Virus record (IMG/VR): IMGVR_UViG_3300028914_000059
Coordinates: 96,001 to 160,000 of that record
DNA length: 64,000 nt
From: a virus
Lineage: Duplodnaviria; Caudoviricetes
Reading direction: 5' to 3' (one strand)
Shown here: piece by piece, positions 35,487 to 44,566 of the stretch
How positions within the stretch are numbered: position 1 is the first letter of the stretch
How the letters are laid out: each line of letters opens with the position of its first letter
Made by a program: the position numbers and the translations under genes
Notes under the pieces: generated by a model
What the model saw: the letters and a program-made list of their open reading frames with translations, nothing else
Database searches by the model: none
What the model was told of the DNA's origin: nothing

Positions 35487-35869
35487 TTTCGTTTCCTATC
35501 GGTTGTGGGTCATCCGTCGAAACCCTCCCGCCTTTGGCGGTGGACTTAAATTTTAATAGGAGATAAATGATATGAAAGATATATTGGACCAGGTACTTTA
35601 CTTGGTCGATTCGGCTAACGACAAGCTTAGCCATGAGATGACCGACACGATCTTCTGTCTGGTTGAAGACAAGCTTTGTCAGGCTTCTAGACTAATACAG
35701 CAGCTAAGAAATGAAGCTGGTGAATAGTTAACTCCTCTGGTTCGCCCAGAGTTTTTTTACCTGTAAATTTTATAAATGTCTATAGGTATAAGTAGTATGT
35801 AAAGAGGCAGCTAACTGGCAATAAGTTGTACCGCCAATCAAAAGCTAGCCCCAATCAAAGGTGATTAGT

Positions 35870-36202
35870 ATGCTAATTTGCTTTATTAAGTGTGAAATAA
35901 TGGAACAGCAGGAAAAGTTAACTATTAGACTTAGAAGAAGAACCGCTAAGGTTCAGGAATTAGCTCAGCCATTACTGGCTGCTTTAGACCGGACGGTTGT
36001 TCTAATAAAAGGTGGTAGGTCTGTGCTAGACGAAGATCCGCGCAAGAACCTTCGTCCATGGCTGAGATATGGCCTCCAGTTGATTTCTAAAATTAAGCTA
36101 GTTGACAAGTTAACAAATACTACTCACAAGCTTTCCGCAGGGAAATTGCCGTATGAACTGTTCCAGCTCCCGGCAGCTCCTGTGAGAGCTCCACACTATT
36201 AA
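35870..36202 (+). CDS. Hypothetical basic protein
   Basis: AAGGTGATTAGT-ATG context. Confidence 0.6.
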   Translation: MLICFIKCEIMEQQEKLTIRLRRRTAKVQELAQPLLAALDRTVVLIKGGRSVLDEDPRKNLRPWLRYGLQLISKIKLVDKLTNTTHKLSAGKLPYELFQLPAAPVRAPHY

Positions 36203-36302
36203 TATCCTCTAGCCGCCCACGCTACACTACTTAGCTATGCTAAGTTATTTTAAGGTGTATGCCTGGGCTAAATTTTTACCTCACAGTAGGTATAAGATAT
36301 CC

Positions 36303-36650
36303 GATGGTTGAAACATACTATATATGCGCCAGCTCAAAGCCACAGGTTGAGTTGGGGCGAGAATTAGCTTGTGGCGCTACTGTAGAAGCAGGTTACCGAA
36401 AGCTACAGATAGCAACCTAGGGTAACTGCCGGCACAAAATCCAGAAACGGCATAAAAATGGCATAGTGTATAGGGTTCACGCTCCCATGTGTAACCCTAT
36501 TGCTATGGTAGAGGTGAAATCAACGAAGTTTCGCTGACCAGTTGGGTTGATTGAGTGATGCGCGACAGACTGAGTGAATTCTCAAAAGGCGGAATTCAGT
36601 TTTTTCAGATCTAGGCTAGCTCCGCTCGGGCTGGTGGTGAAACTTCCTCT
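36303..36650 (+). ncRNA. Unidentified multi-pseudoknot structured RNA
   Basis: Downstream of GGTATAAG 36289; two H-type pseudoknots and long hairpins; precedes tRNA. Confidence 0.6.
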
Positions 36651-36663
36651 TGATTTTTATTTG

Positions 36664-36736
36664 AGCGGGATGGAGCAGTTGGTAGCTCGGGAGTCTCATA
36701 AGCTCCAGGTCGCAGGTTCGAATCCTGCTCCCGCCA
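36664..36736 (+). tRNA. tRNA-Met(CAT), initiator-like
   Basis: A1:C72 mismatch, GGAGCAGTTGGTAGCTCG D arm as in tRNA-fMet, CT CAT AA loop; anticodon stem GGAGT/GCTCC. Confidence 0.85.
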
Positions 36737-36893
36737 ATGTTCATACAACGTGCTGGGTTATTAAACTCCTTTCCCAGCACGTATTTTCTCCTTTTTTGAA
36801 ATGTCGGGACGGCTGATCACCTAATCCTGGCGTTTCTTTTTTACCTATTAATAGGTATAAGTCTCTTATCTTATCTAAGGAGGAATAGTCACC

Positions 36894-37184
36894 TTGAAAC
36901 TTAAAGACATTTCTAAACTTTTTAAGAAGTACGTAGACCAGCTTGACTTTGCTATTGAAGTAGGGGAAAGCGGCACCAAGGAAGTAGATGATGATATTGC
37001 AGCTCCACAATTAAAGGTTCTGAATCTCTGGGTCAGAACCAGGGATCGTGCTCTGAATCGAAAGAACAAGTCCCAGGCGAGATTTATAGGGGGCTTGATG
37101 CGGGACAGCTTTGAGCTGTTAACTGAAAAGAAAAGTCGCTTACTCCAGATTGCGATGGAAAGGGGGCTGATTAAAAATGAGTAA
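36894..37184 (+). CDS. Hypothetical protein
   Basis: TTG start with AAGGAGG RBS. Confidence 0.65.
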   Translation: MKLKDISKLFKKYVDQLDFAIEVGESGTKEVDDDIAAPQLKVLNLWVRTRDRALNRKNKSQARFIGGLMRDSFELLTEKKSRLLQIAMERGLIKNE

Positions 37185-37809
37185 ATCCATAGACAATATA
37201 GAGCTGATTCGTAGTCATCTTTCCTTTTCTTCAGACAATGACCTGATTTACTATATCCAGATCATAGCCAGGAGAAAAGATAATCCCGGAATGAAGGGGG
37301 ACAACAGGAGCCTGAAGTTTTATACTGTTGACAGCTTTGAGGCCTACGATAAAGTGGCTGAAAGCGTAAGGCGGCACTGTGAGTTTGAAAAGGCAAGGGG
37401 ATATATACACCTAACCCCAAGAAGTAAAAAGAACATAGCTGTCAGGACCCTTCAAGATATCGCTAATAATATAGCGATAGGGCAGTTTGATGCCGTTAAG
37501 AATTCCTACTCATCCTGCCTGGGAAGATACCCTGCCCCTAGGGCGCAACGTAAATGGGTAGTAGACCTGGACTGCCCTTCAGACGAATACCTTACTAGTA
37601 TTCTCAAAATACTGTTTGAAGTGGAGCCAGTAGATCTACAGAGACTATTAATCCGAGTGCCTACTAAAAATGGAATTCATTTGATAACAATTCCATTTAA
37701 CAGACAGAGGTTCATACAGCTATGTAGGGAATCCAACACTAATATCCCGGATATACACGACAATAACCCGACTGTCTTGTATATACCAGAAAGCATAATG
37801 GGAGAGTAG
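37177..37809 (+). CDS. Putative AEP (primase-polymerase)-fold protein
   Basis: KWVVDLD (hhhDhD motif I) followed by TKNGIHLI (motif II His). Confidence 0.55.
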   Translation: MSKSIDNIELIRSHLSFSSDNDLIYYIQIIARRKDNPGMKGDNRSLKFYTVDSFEAYDKVAESVRRHCEFEKARGYIHLTPRSKKNIAVRTLQDIANNIAIGQFDAVKNSYSSCLGRYPAPRAQRKWVVDLDCPSDEYLTSILKILFEVEPVDLQRLLIRVPTKNGIHLITIPFNRQRFIQLCRESNTNIPDIHDNNPTVLYIPESIMGE

Positions 37810-37811
37810 CT

Positions 37812-38582
37812 ATGCCACAAAAATTCGTCATAGTTCCAGATGTCCATGGCGAGGACTTCTGGGAAGAAGCCATTGATTTAGTCGCCACTAAACATTACAA
37901 GGCTATTTTTCTGGGAGATTATTTTGACAGCTATAATAAGCTTCCACGCGAGAAGGAGCTGAAGAACTTTCAGGAAATCCTGGATTTCAAGGAAGCTGAC
38001 CCTGACAAAGTAGCCCTGCTTCTGGGGAACCATGATCTGGCCTATATGCTTCTGAAAGGGTGCTCTCGTCAGGCTACCGATTCAGATTTTATATCTATTA
38101 ACAATATCCTTTGGGATAACATCGAGAAGCTGGCTTTGACCTGTAAAATCAAAGTTAATCATGTTGATGGTAGTTCTCAGAAGGTTCTATGTTCTCACGC
38201 CGGGATTACAGACGCCTGGTTAAACTGGATAATCCACACCCTCAACTGGGAGATGGATGAGGAGGACCTGTTCCATGCCATAACGTCAGGTATGCTGGAC
38301 CTGATGCTTTTAAGGTCCAGAAGTTCTGACAGAAACAGGGGGCGGCTTGCTACTGTTTTATGGCAGGTTTCTTCTCTCAGAGGCGGGGACAGTGTCGGTT
38401 CACTTATATGGGCAGACAGACATGAGTGGCCTAAGTATGCTCCTGGCAGGGCCGGATGTAAATCCGCTGCTAAGCGAGGGGTTTATCAATTCGTGGGGCA
38501 TAGCAGGTGCGGAGTCTGTAAGTTCACAGACGATGTATTCTGCTTCGATGCTCCGGTGAACAAGATACAACTTGTAGATTAA
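37812..38582 (+). CDS. Calcineurin-like metallophosphoesterase
   Basis: DVHG, GDYFD, GNHD, HAG, GHS motifs. Confidence 0.9.
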   Translation: MPQKFVIVPDVHGEDFWEEAIDLVATKHYKAIFLGDYFDSYNKLPREKELKNFQEILDFKEADPDKVALLLGNHDLAYMLLKGCSRQATDSDFISINNILWDNIEKLALTCKIKVNHVDGSSQKVLCSHAGITDAWLNWIIHTLNWEMDEEDLFHAITSGMLDLMLLRSRSSDRNRGRLATVLWQVSSLRGGDSVGSLIWADRHEWPKYAPGRAGCKSAAKRGVYQFVGHSRCGVCKFTDDVFCFDAPVNKIQLVD

Positions 38583-38652
38583 AAATAATACAGCTATCAG
38601 ATGACAAATCTGGTAGCTGTATTTTCTTTAATTAAGGAGGCAAACAAATACT
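38581..38652 (-). ncRNA. Putative anti-Shine-Dalgarno small RNA
   Basis: TTGACG-N18-TATATA promoter (38659-38688), GTATTTGTTTGCCTCCTTAAT, then terminator hairpin AATACAGCTA/TAGCTGTATT. Confidence 0.45.
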
Positions 38653-38760
38653 ATTATTTATATAGCATTTTTGGGGATAGATCGTCAAGTAAATTATCGA
38701 GGGGTAATAGGTATAAGTATAGTAGACTAAGGAAAATTAAATGAAAGGAGGACCTATACA

Positions 38761-39297
38761 ATGTATAACGGTCCAGTTAGTTACAACGAATCAGTGTCTC
38801 CAGCACAGGTAGCAGGTACCGGTGCTGCTCTCGGCTTTGGAATATTCACTTCCAAGCTAGCAATAGATGGAGTTAAATCCCTAGTAAGCAACGCTTGTCA
38901 GGCCTCTCCAGTTGTTATCGAACCTTCTGCTATGGATCAGGTCGTAGAGACCTGTTCGAAAGCAGTGCCAGTAGTTACTGTTATGGTGGCAGGCGTAACT
39001 CTGACCGCCGCTGCAGGTAAGGCTATAAAAGCAGGCTGGGAATGCACCAAGTCTGCAGGCATCTGGGCCTGCGATTTGGCAACTGGGTGCTTCAAGAAAG
39101 CCACTGGTTGGTTTACTAAGAAGCCTTCTACCCCAGCTCCAGCAGCAGCTCCCGTAGCATCTACCCCAGCTCCAGCAGCATCTACCCCAGCTCCAGCAGC
39201 AGCTCCCGTAGCATCTACCCCAGCTCCAGCAGCAGCTCCCGTAGCATCTACCCTAGCTCCAGCAGCATCTACCCCAGCTCCAGTTCAAAAAAACTGA
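38761..39297 (+). CDS. Membrane-associated protein with Pro/Ala-rich tandem repeats
   Basis: STPAPAA(APVA) repeats at about 39127-39283. Confidence 0.75.
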   Translation: MYNGPVSYNESVSPAQVAGTGAALGFGIFTSKLAIDGVKSLVSNACQASPVVIEPSAMDQVVETCSKAVPVVTVMVAGVTLTAAAGKAIKAGWECTKSAGIWACDLATGCFKKATGWFTKKPSTPAPAAAPVASTPAPAASTPAPAAAPVASTPAPAAAPVASTLAPAASTPAPVQKN

Positions 39298-39403
39298 AAA
39301 AAGCAGCCTATCGTGGCCGTAAAAAACACGGTTTCTGATAAGGTTGCTTTTTAAGAAATAACCCAGGATCTCTACAATCCTGGGTTATTTTTTTATTTAT
39401 ATA

Positions 39404-40300
39404 TTAATAAGAGACTAGATTACCTAGGTTTCGTATACCCTGTTCGGAGTATTCTCTAGCCTGGTTTACTGAATCATTAATATAACGTAGTGGTAAGGAA
39501 GTGTGCTGTTCCAGATTATTCGACAAACTTCCTACAGTACTTAACCAGTTGCCCATTTCATTTTGTATATTGTTCAGATTGTTGTAGTGGCCTTTAGCAT
39601 CACTATAAGCTTGACTACCCATCTGGTTTATCTGTCTAAAAGCGTCCTCGGCATTGGCCTTCGTTTTTTCTTTTATTCTAGCATTCTGTCCTACACCAAA
39701 TAACTTGCCAAAGAAGTTTTGATTTTTATTTGCATCAGCATAACCTTGCTGATTGGTGGCCATCCTTTGCTTTTGAACATCCATTTGGCCTTTTACTTTT
39801 TGGTATTGTTGATCAGCCTGAGTTCTAACATCTCGCATCCTATTTATAATATTCATCGCCTGCTGGTCTTTTTTATGCACCCCAACTGTTTGTTTAGCTA
39901 TTTGACCCATATACGGAGCAGTAGCACCGATAGCTCCTGCCCCGGCACCGCCAACAGCACCTACTCCAGCACCTATTGCGCCTCCCATGGCGCCCTGGCC
40001 AGCCATATTCTTAGCATACTGACCAAAAGAGGCATTTCTCCACCCACCAGCCTGCTGCGCAGTCTGCCGTGCTCCTCGGATCATTCCGGCTGCAGCACCA
40101 ATTCCTGCACCTACACCGGTTCCCATTTTACCACCTTTAAGAGCCCAATCTTTTGTCTTTTGAACCATCTCAGGTGTAAATGGATTGCGTTGTCTAACGT
40201 AATTAAATGCTGATGCCCAACTGGCGGGTGCAGCAGCACCTTGTTTAACCATACTTATCACTATGGCATCAGCCATTTTATCTATTAATTGATCATCCAT
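39404..40300 (-). CDS. Glycine-zipper protein (leader ...MVKQG|A)
   Basis: IDKMADAI leader, two long GxxxG zippers, Q/N-rich coiled coil. Confidence 0.8.
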   Translation of the reverse strand: MDDQLIDKMADAIVISMVKQGAAAPASWASAFNYVRQRNPFTPEMVQKTKDWALKGGKMGTGVGAGIGAAAGMIRGARQTAQQAGGWRNASFGQYAKNMAGQGAMGGAIGAGVGAVGGAGAGAIGATAPYMGQIAKQTVGVHKKDQQAMNIINRMRDVRTQADQQYQKVKGQMDVQKQRMATNQQGYADANKNQNFFGKLFGVGQNARIKEKTKANAEDAFRQINQMGSQAYSDAKGHYNNLNNIQNEMGNWLSTVGSLSNNLEQHTSLPLRYINDSVNQAREYSEQGIRNLGNLVSY

Positions 40301-40314
40301 TTGTCTAATCCTGA

Positions 40315-40644
40315 TTATTTGATGTGATTTGTCCAGTTCTTAAGCACATTTAATATAGCTAAAGGAGTACTGATAACCCCAGGTGCAAGCATAGCAACAC
40401 TGCCAGCAATATTAGCCAGTGCTTTTGGAAGAGGTTTTTGTATAGCTTTTCCAGCAAAAGAACCCATGCCGTCTTTAAGTACGCTGTCCCTGACACCTTT
40501 AAACATAGCTGGAACGGACTGGGCAGAGACATTCATAGCGTCATTTAGCATCCCTGGTGGTAAATTTGGAATGTTGCTCCCACCAATATAAATACTTTGT
40601 TTTTTCATTGCTATTCTCTCAATATAAAAATGGCGTGACTTCAC
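40315..40644 (-). CDS. Hypothetical protein (start uncertain)
   Basis: In operon with glycine-zipper genes. Confidence 0.55.
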   Translation of the reverse strand: MKSRHFYIERIAMKKQSIYIGGSNIPNLPPGMLNDAMNVSAQSVPAMFKGVRDSVLKDGMGSFAGKAIQKPLPKALANIAGSVAMLAPGVISTPLAILNVLKNWTNHIK

Positions 40645-40665
40645 TGAGTCACGCCTGGCTTAATC

Positions 40666-41253
40666 TTAATTATCTCTGTTAAGTAGGGCATTCAGGCCAA
40701 GACCACCAGCCAGACCCATACCAGCACCACCCAAGCCAGCATAGAATCTTGGATCATTATATATCTGCTGACCTAAAGCTTTAGCCTTAGCTGCACCAGC
40801 ATCTATATAGGAGCCAAGATTGTTAATTCCGGCTTCTGCATATGGCTGAGCAGCAGCAGCAACTTGATCTATACCTGCTTTTCCTTTACCAAGTACTTTT
40901 TTTATGACATCTGCAGCACCGGCTTGTTTAATAAGTTTCAAAAGCTTCTTTTGAGCAGCCTTTTTAACGAGGTCCTGTTTAGCGGCTGCCTGTTTAGCTG
41001 CTGCTTGCTTAGCTGCAGCATTCTTATTGGCTTCGGCTTGTTTAATGATATTTAAGAGCTTTTGTTGAGCAGCTTGTTTAATTAAAGCTTGATTAGATTC
41101 CATTTCTACCTGCTGAGCTTTTGCAAGTTCTGCTTGTTTTTCCTGCTGTTCCTGTATTTCAGCAGCAGCAGCTAGTTGAGCCTGATATTCCTGAAGTTGA
41201 GCTAGTTTAATTATTATTCTATCAGCGACAGCATCGGCTAATTTAGTAAACAT
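40666..41253 (-). CDS. KQA-repeat protein with C-terminal glycine zipper
   Basis: Six KQA copies; ends GLAGGLGLNALLNRDN; promoter TTGACG-N17-TATATT at 41296-41324. Confidence 0.8.
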   Translation of the reverse strand: MFTKLADAVADRIIIKLAQLQEYQAQLAAAAEIQEQQEKQAELAKAQQVEMESNQALIKQAAQQKLLNIIKQAEANKNAAAKQAAAKQAAAKQDLVKKAAQKKLLKLIKQAGAADVIKKVLGKGKAGIDQVAAAAQPYAEAGINNLGSYIDAGAAKAKALGQQIYNDPRFYAGLGGAGMGLAGGLGLNALLNRDN

Positions 41254-41327
41254 AGTTGGAGATCTCCTTAATATTAAAAATTCCAGACGCTATATAATAT
41301 ACTACATTGTAATTATAGCGTCAATGC

Positions 41328-42104
41328 TTAATTATCGTTATTAAGCCTGTTATATAAGCCATAGCCACCCAAGCCTAAACCTGTAGCGGCTCCAGCACCT
41401 ATTAAAGCGTTTTTATGCTGTGATACAAATGGGTTTATGGTGTTTATTCTATAGTTATTAATCCCCTGTCCAAGCTGATTTAATTTGTCTTTAGCCATAT
41501 TATATGCCTGAGAACCCAGCTGGCCTAGACCTTCACCTGCACCAAGAACCAGGTCACGCCCGAATTGTCTCCCGTTTATACTGTTAGAGATGTTTTGAAG
41601 CTGTGCATTTATGGCATCTGCTGAAGTCTGTAAATTACCGCCAAGACCTTTAATCTGCTGCACAATATTTTTAGCTGGTGCTTCAGCTAACTCCACTGCT
41701 TTCTGATGCGCCAGGTTGGCAGCTCTTCTTTTTAAATAATATTTAAGACCTTTATATCCACCATATAGACCTGCAGCAGCAGCAGCTCCGCCGCCAATCT
41801 TACCACCATGGGCTTTAAGAAATGGGTTGATAGTATTATTCCAGGCATTCTGGCCCATTTCTCCAATACCAGCCCCCACCCCTTTAGCTAGACTCTTACC
41901 AAAGTCTCCTGCGAAGCCTAAGGCGTCCTTAGTTAAATTTTTTGCTAGATTCTGTCCCTGTGCAGTTATATTCTCCGGGCTAAGAAAATTCACTAGTTTA
42001 GCCAGATACCCTTGCAGTTCTGGTATAGCATCAGCTGCAGCTTTGCTTCCATGTTTTATATCGAATAAAACACCACCACATTTTTCTCTGAATGGATTGC
42101 TCAT
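41328..42104 (-). CDS. Two-module glycine-zipper protein
   Basis: Start MSNPF (GGGAGG RBS); duplicated 'TINPF...G...GLYG/GYGL' modules; ends NNDN. Confidence 0.75.
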   Translation of the reverse strand: MSNPFREKCGGVLFDIKHGSKAAADAIPELQGYLAKLVNFLSPENITAQGQNLAKNLTKDALGFAGDFGKSLAKGVGAGIGEMGQNAWNNTINPFLKAHGGKIGGGAAAAAGLYGGYKGLKYYLKRRAANLAHQKAVELAEAPAKNIVQQIKGLGGNLQTSADAINAQLQNISNSINGRQFGRDLVLGAGEGLGQLGSQAYNMAKDKLNQLGQGINNYRINTINPFVSQHKNALIGAGAATGLGLGGYGLYNRLNNDN

Positions 42105-42105
42105 A

Positions 42106-42963
42106 TTAGTATCCCTCCCGGCTTTTTCTATAATTATCATACGCAAGAGCGCCAATTCCGGCACTACCTAATCCTATAGTACCAACAGTGAGGGCTTTTT
42201 CCCAGTCACTCATTTTACCAACCAGACTGGTTGCTTTATCGGCCAGAGTAGCTTTCATTTCAGCGGGGCTTATCCAAGAGGGATCTATAGATTTACGTAT
42301 GGATTCATAAGCTTTCGTTCCGTAGTTTTTGACTCCGCGCATAACTTCTCCTGGATTCAGGCCAGCGGCAACAGCTGCAGGCACTAAGCTTAAAGCAATA
42401 GCTTTTGCACCTAGACCTCTAGCAAATGATCTACCTTCATTAAAACCAGGGGATCCTGCAGTCTTAGTCCAGCTGCCATATTTTGGGTAGTACTGATAGT
42501 TATAGCTGTACTGACTGTTATCGTTTTGTTTATATTTATTATATAAACCCATACCTAAAGCACCGGCACCCAAGCCGCCGAGAGACAGGAGAGCACCCTG
42601 TTGCATAGGATTGAGATTGCCAAATAAAGTTTTAACCGGAGCAGCTGCTGGCTTACTTAAAGCCTGATGCAGCAGGATACCCCCAGTTATAGCTGCAGCG
42701 GGGCCGCCATACTTTGTAGCATCTTTAAACCCTTGAATCATGCCGGCTCCACCGCCTGGCTTACCCAAGGTATTTATAGCTTTAGCCCCAGCTTGAAATG
42801 GTGCAGTAATTGCTTTTTTTAATAGTCCAGGGCCATATCCCAAAGCAGTTAATAAGGCTCCCATGCCTAACATTCCTGCTCCTGCCGTCCCGGCAACTAC
42901 TTTCCCATACCCTGCGGTTTTCATAAATTCTCCGCTTTCAAATGGGTTATTATAGTAAGACAT
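42106..42963 (-). CDS. KxA-leader glycine-zipper polyprotein-like protein
   Basis: FMKTA|G at N-terminus and internal WTKTA|G after an NDN-ending zipper; promoter TGGACA-N17-TATATT at 43007-43035. Confidence 0.8.
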   Translation of the reverse strand: MSYYNNPFESGEFMKTAGYGKVVAGTAGAGMLGMGALLTALGYGPGLLKKAITAPFQAGAKAINTLGKPGGGAGMIQGFKDATKYGGPAAAITGGILLHQALSKPAAAPVKTLFGNLNPMQQGALLSLGGLGAGALGMGLYNKYKQNDNSQYSYNYQYYPKYGSWTKTAGSPGFNEGRSFARGLGAKAIALSLVPAAVAAGLNPGEVMRGVKNYGTKAYESIRKSIDPSWISPAEMKATLADKATSLVGKMSDWEKALTVGTIGLGSAGIGALAYDNYRKSREGY

Positions 42964-43100
42964 AATTGCAATTATCCTTAATTATAAAATTGGAATTCCT
43001 GTATGTAATATAACATTTTAGGTGCTTGATGTCCATAGGGTATAAGTTCCTTGATAACTCGAGCACTATTGCTCATTAAATTCCAAGGAGGTAAAATATT

Positions 43101-44012
43101 ATGGATTTAGGTCCAGCAGAAGTCCAGTCTGTTCCCGGTAAACTTGTCCGGGACTTGAATTTTACAGAATATGATGTATATGATTCTGTGGAGCTTGTCG
43201 GCACTATAGTGGCTGTTGACAAGTCGTTTGACGGGATATCCAGGTCAGCGTGCCAGGAGGTAGCCACAAGGAAGTACTACCCTGTAGTATTGGAAACTAT
43301 TACTACTAGTCAGCGGGCTAACTGGCCTGACCAGGAAGGTGTCGTAGTAATGATTCCGGAGAACCTGTTCGACGATGAAAAGCTTATTAATCCAAAAGCC
43401 ACTGTACATGTCTGTGGCTATCTGGTTCCTAGTTCTTTGTTCTGTTTAAGCTGCAGATCAGTTATAGGAATAAACAGGGCTGTACATCATAACTTTGAAG
43501 GGATGAGAACCATAGATTATACGGTAGTTGTAGTAGCAACCAGAGTAGATATTGTCAGTGAGGAATCTATTGCACCAGACGAGTGTGATTCCATGGTGGT
43601 CCTGAAAGGCTATATAGGTATGCATGAAGATTCCTACTATGCTCCCACTGAAGAAAATAAACGGGAGAAGAGTTTCTTCGGCCGCCCGAATTTTCCATTG
43701 ACCTTTAAGTTTATGTCTTGCACAGGTATTCCAGACATAGATTACAGGTTTAAGAAATCGGCCGAACATACTGAATATAATCCTAAGATCTGGTCAGCAA
43801 CGGTGTTAACATCAGCGGTTGGTAATCTGGGATATGCTATTAAGACATTGCCGGTTGGCACAGAAGTAGTGATTGGTGGCAGGCTGATGCCAACCTTTAA
43901 TAGGACGAGTTTTAACCCGTCATACTTTCCGGCCGTAAGAAATGAGCCACGTATAGAAGGCGCACTGGGTATTCTAGTATATAGTATAGATATAATAGGA
44001 GATGTTAAATGA
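43101..44012 (+). CDS. Possible tandem OB-fold (SSB-like) protein
   Basis: Two repeats of 'V.L.G.I ... V.V/I.G.L' beta-strand pattern. Confidence 0.45.
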   Translation: MDLGPAEVQSVPGKLVRDLNFTEYDVYDSVELVGTIVAVDKSFDGISRSACQEVATRKYYPVVLETITTSQRANWPDQEGVVVMIPENLFDDEKLINPKATVHVCGYLVPSSLFCLSCRSVIGINRAVHHNFEGMRTIDYTVVVVATRVDIVSEESIAPDECDSMVVLKGYIGMHEDSYYAPTEENKREKSFFGRPNFPLTFKFMSCTGIPDIDYRFKKSAEHTEYNPKIWSATVLTSAVGNLGYAIKTLPVGTEVVIGGRLMPTFNRTSFNPSYFPAVRNEPRIEGALGILVYSIDIIGDVK

Positions 44013-44566
44013 TTAAAACACGCCAGGATTTATTAAATTTTCTCAAAGAAAACAACAAACTGGTTCCAGTAACTATGGTTATCTTCATTGAAGATATGCT
44101 TCAAAGTGCTAAGGAATTTACGAAAATCCTTCTGTCTAAGATGGATATGCCCGAGGATCTTCACGATGAAACCAAAAAGAGCATTCTTATAGAAGCTCTT
44201 CGTGGCCATTATCAGAGTCTTCTGGTAAACCTGGCTGTCGTGCTTGAGTTGCCTGAAGACGATCTGGATATGGAAGTAAATCCGGAAGTAGGATTTACTG
44301 AAGAAGGTATCAGTCTTAACCAGGGCTTGCCCGATTGGGTATTTCTCTTCATCAGCGGTTATGTATCTTTCCAGGAATGTGAAAACAGTAACAAAGTAGC
44401 TGGTATAGTCAGCGAAGAAAAGGGACGGATAATCACCGAAAGGATAGAGGCTATCCAGAAACGTCAAAGGGAACTGATTGAAACCCTCATAGAAAAATTA
44501 GACAACAAGCAGAAGCTTCTTAAGGAAGTTTTCACAGGCCTGGGTGGAGGCACAACCATAAACTGA
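44009..44566 (+). CDS. Hypothetical protein (paralogous to 44566..45105)
   Basis: MIKT/MIRT starts and shared 'LR...L...L...LPxW' spacing. Confidence 0.7.
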   Translation: MIKTRQDLLNFLKENNKLVPVTMVIFIEDMLQSAKEFTKILLSKMDMPEDLHDETKKSILIEALRGHYQSLLVNLAVVLELPEDDLDMEVNPEVGFTEEGISLNQGLPDWVFLFISGYVSFQECENSNKVAGIVSEEKGRIITERIEAIQKRQRELIETLIEKLDNKQKLLKEVFTGLGGGTTIN

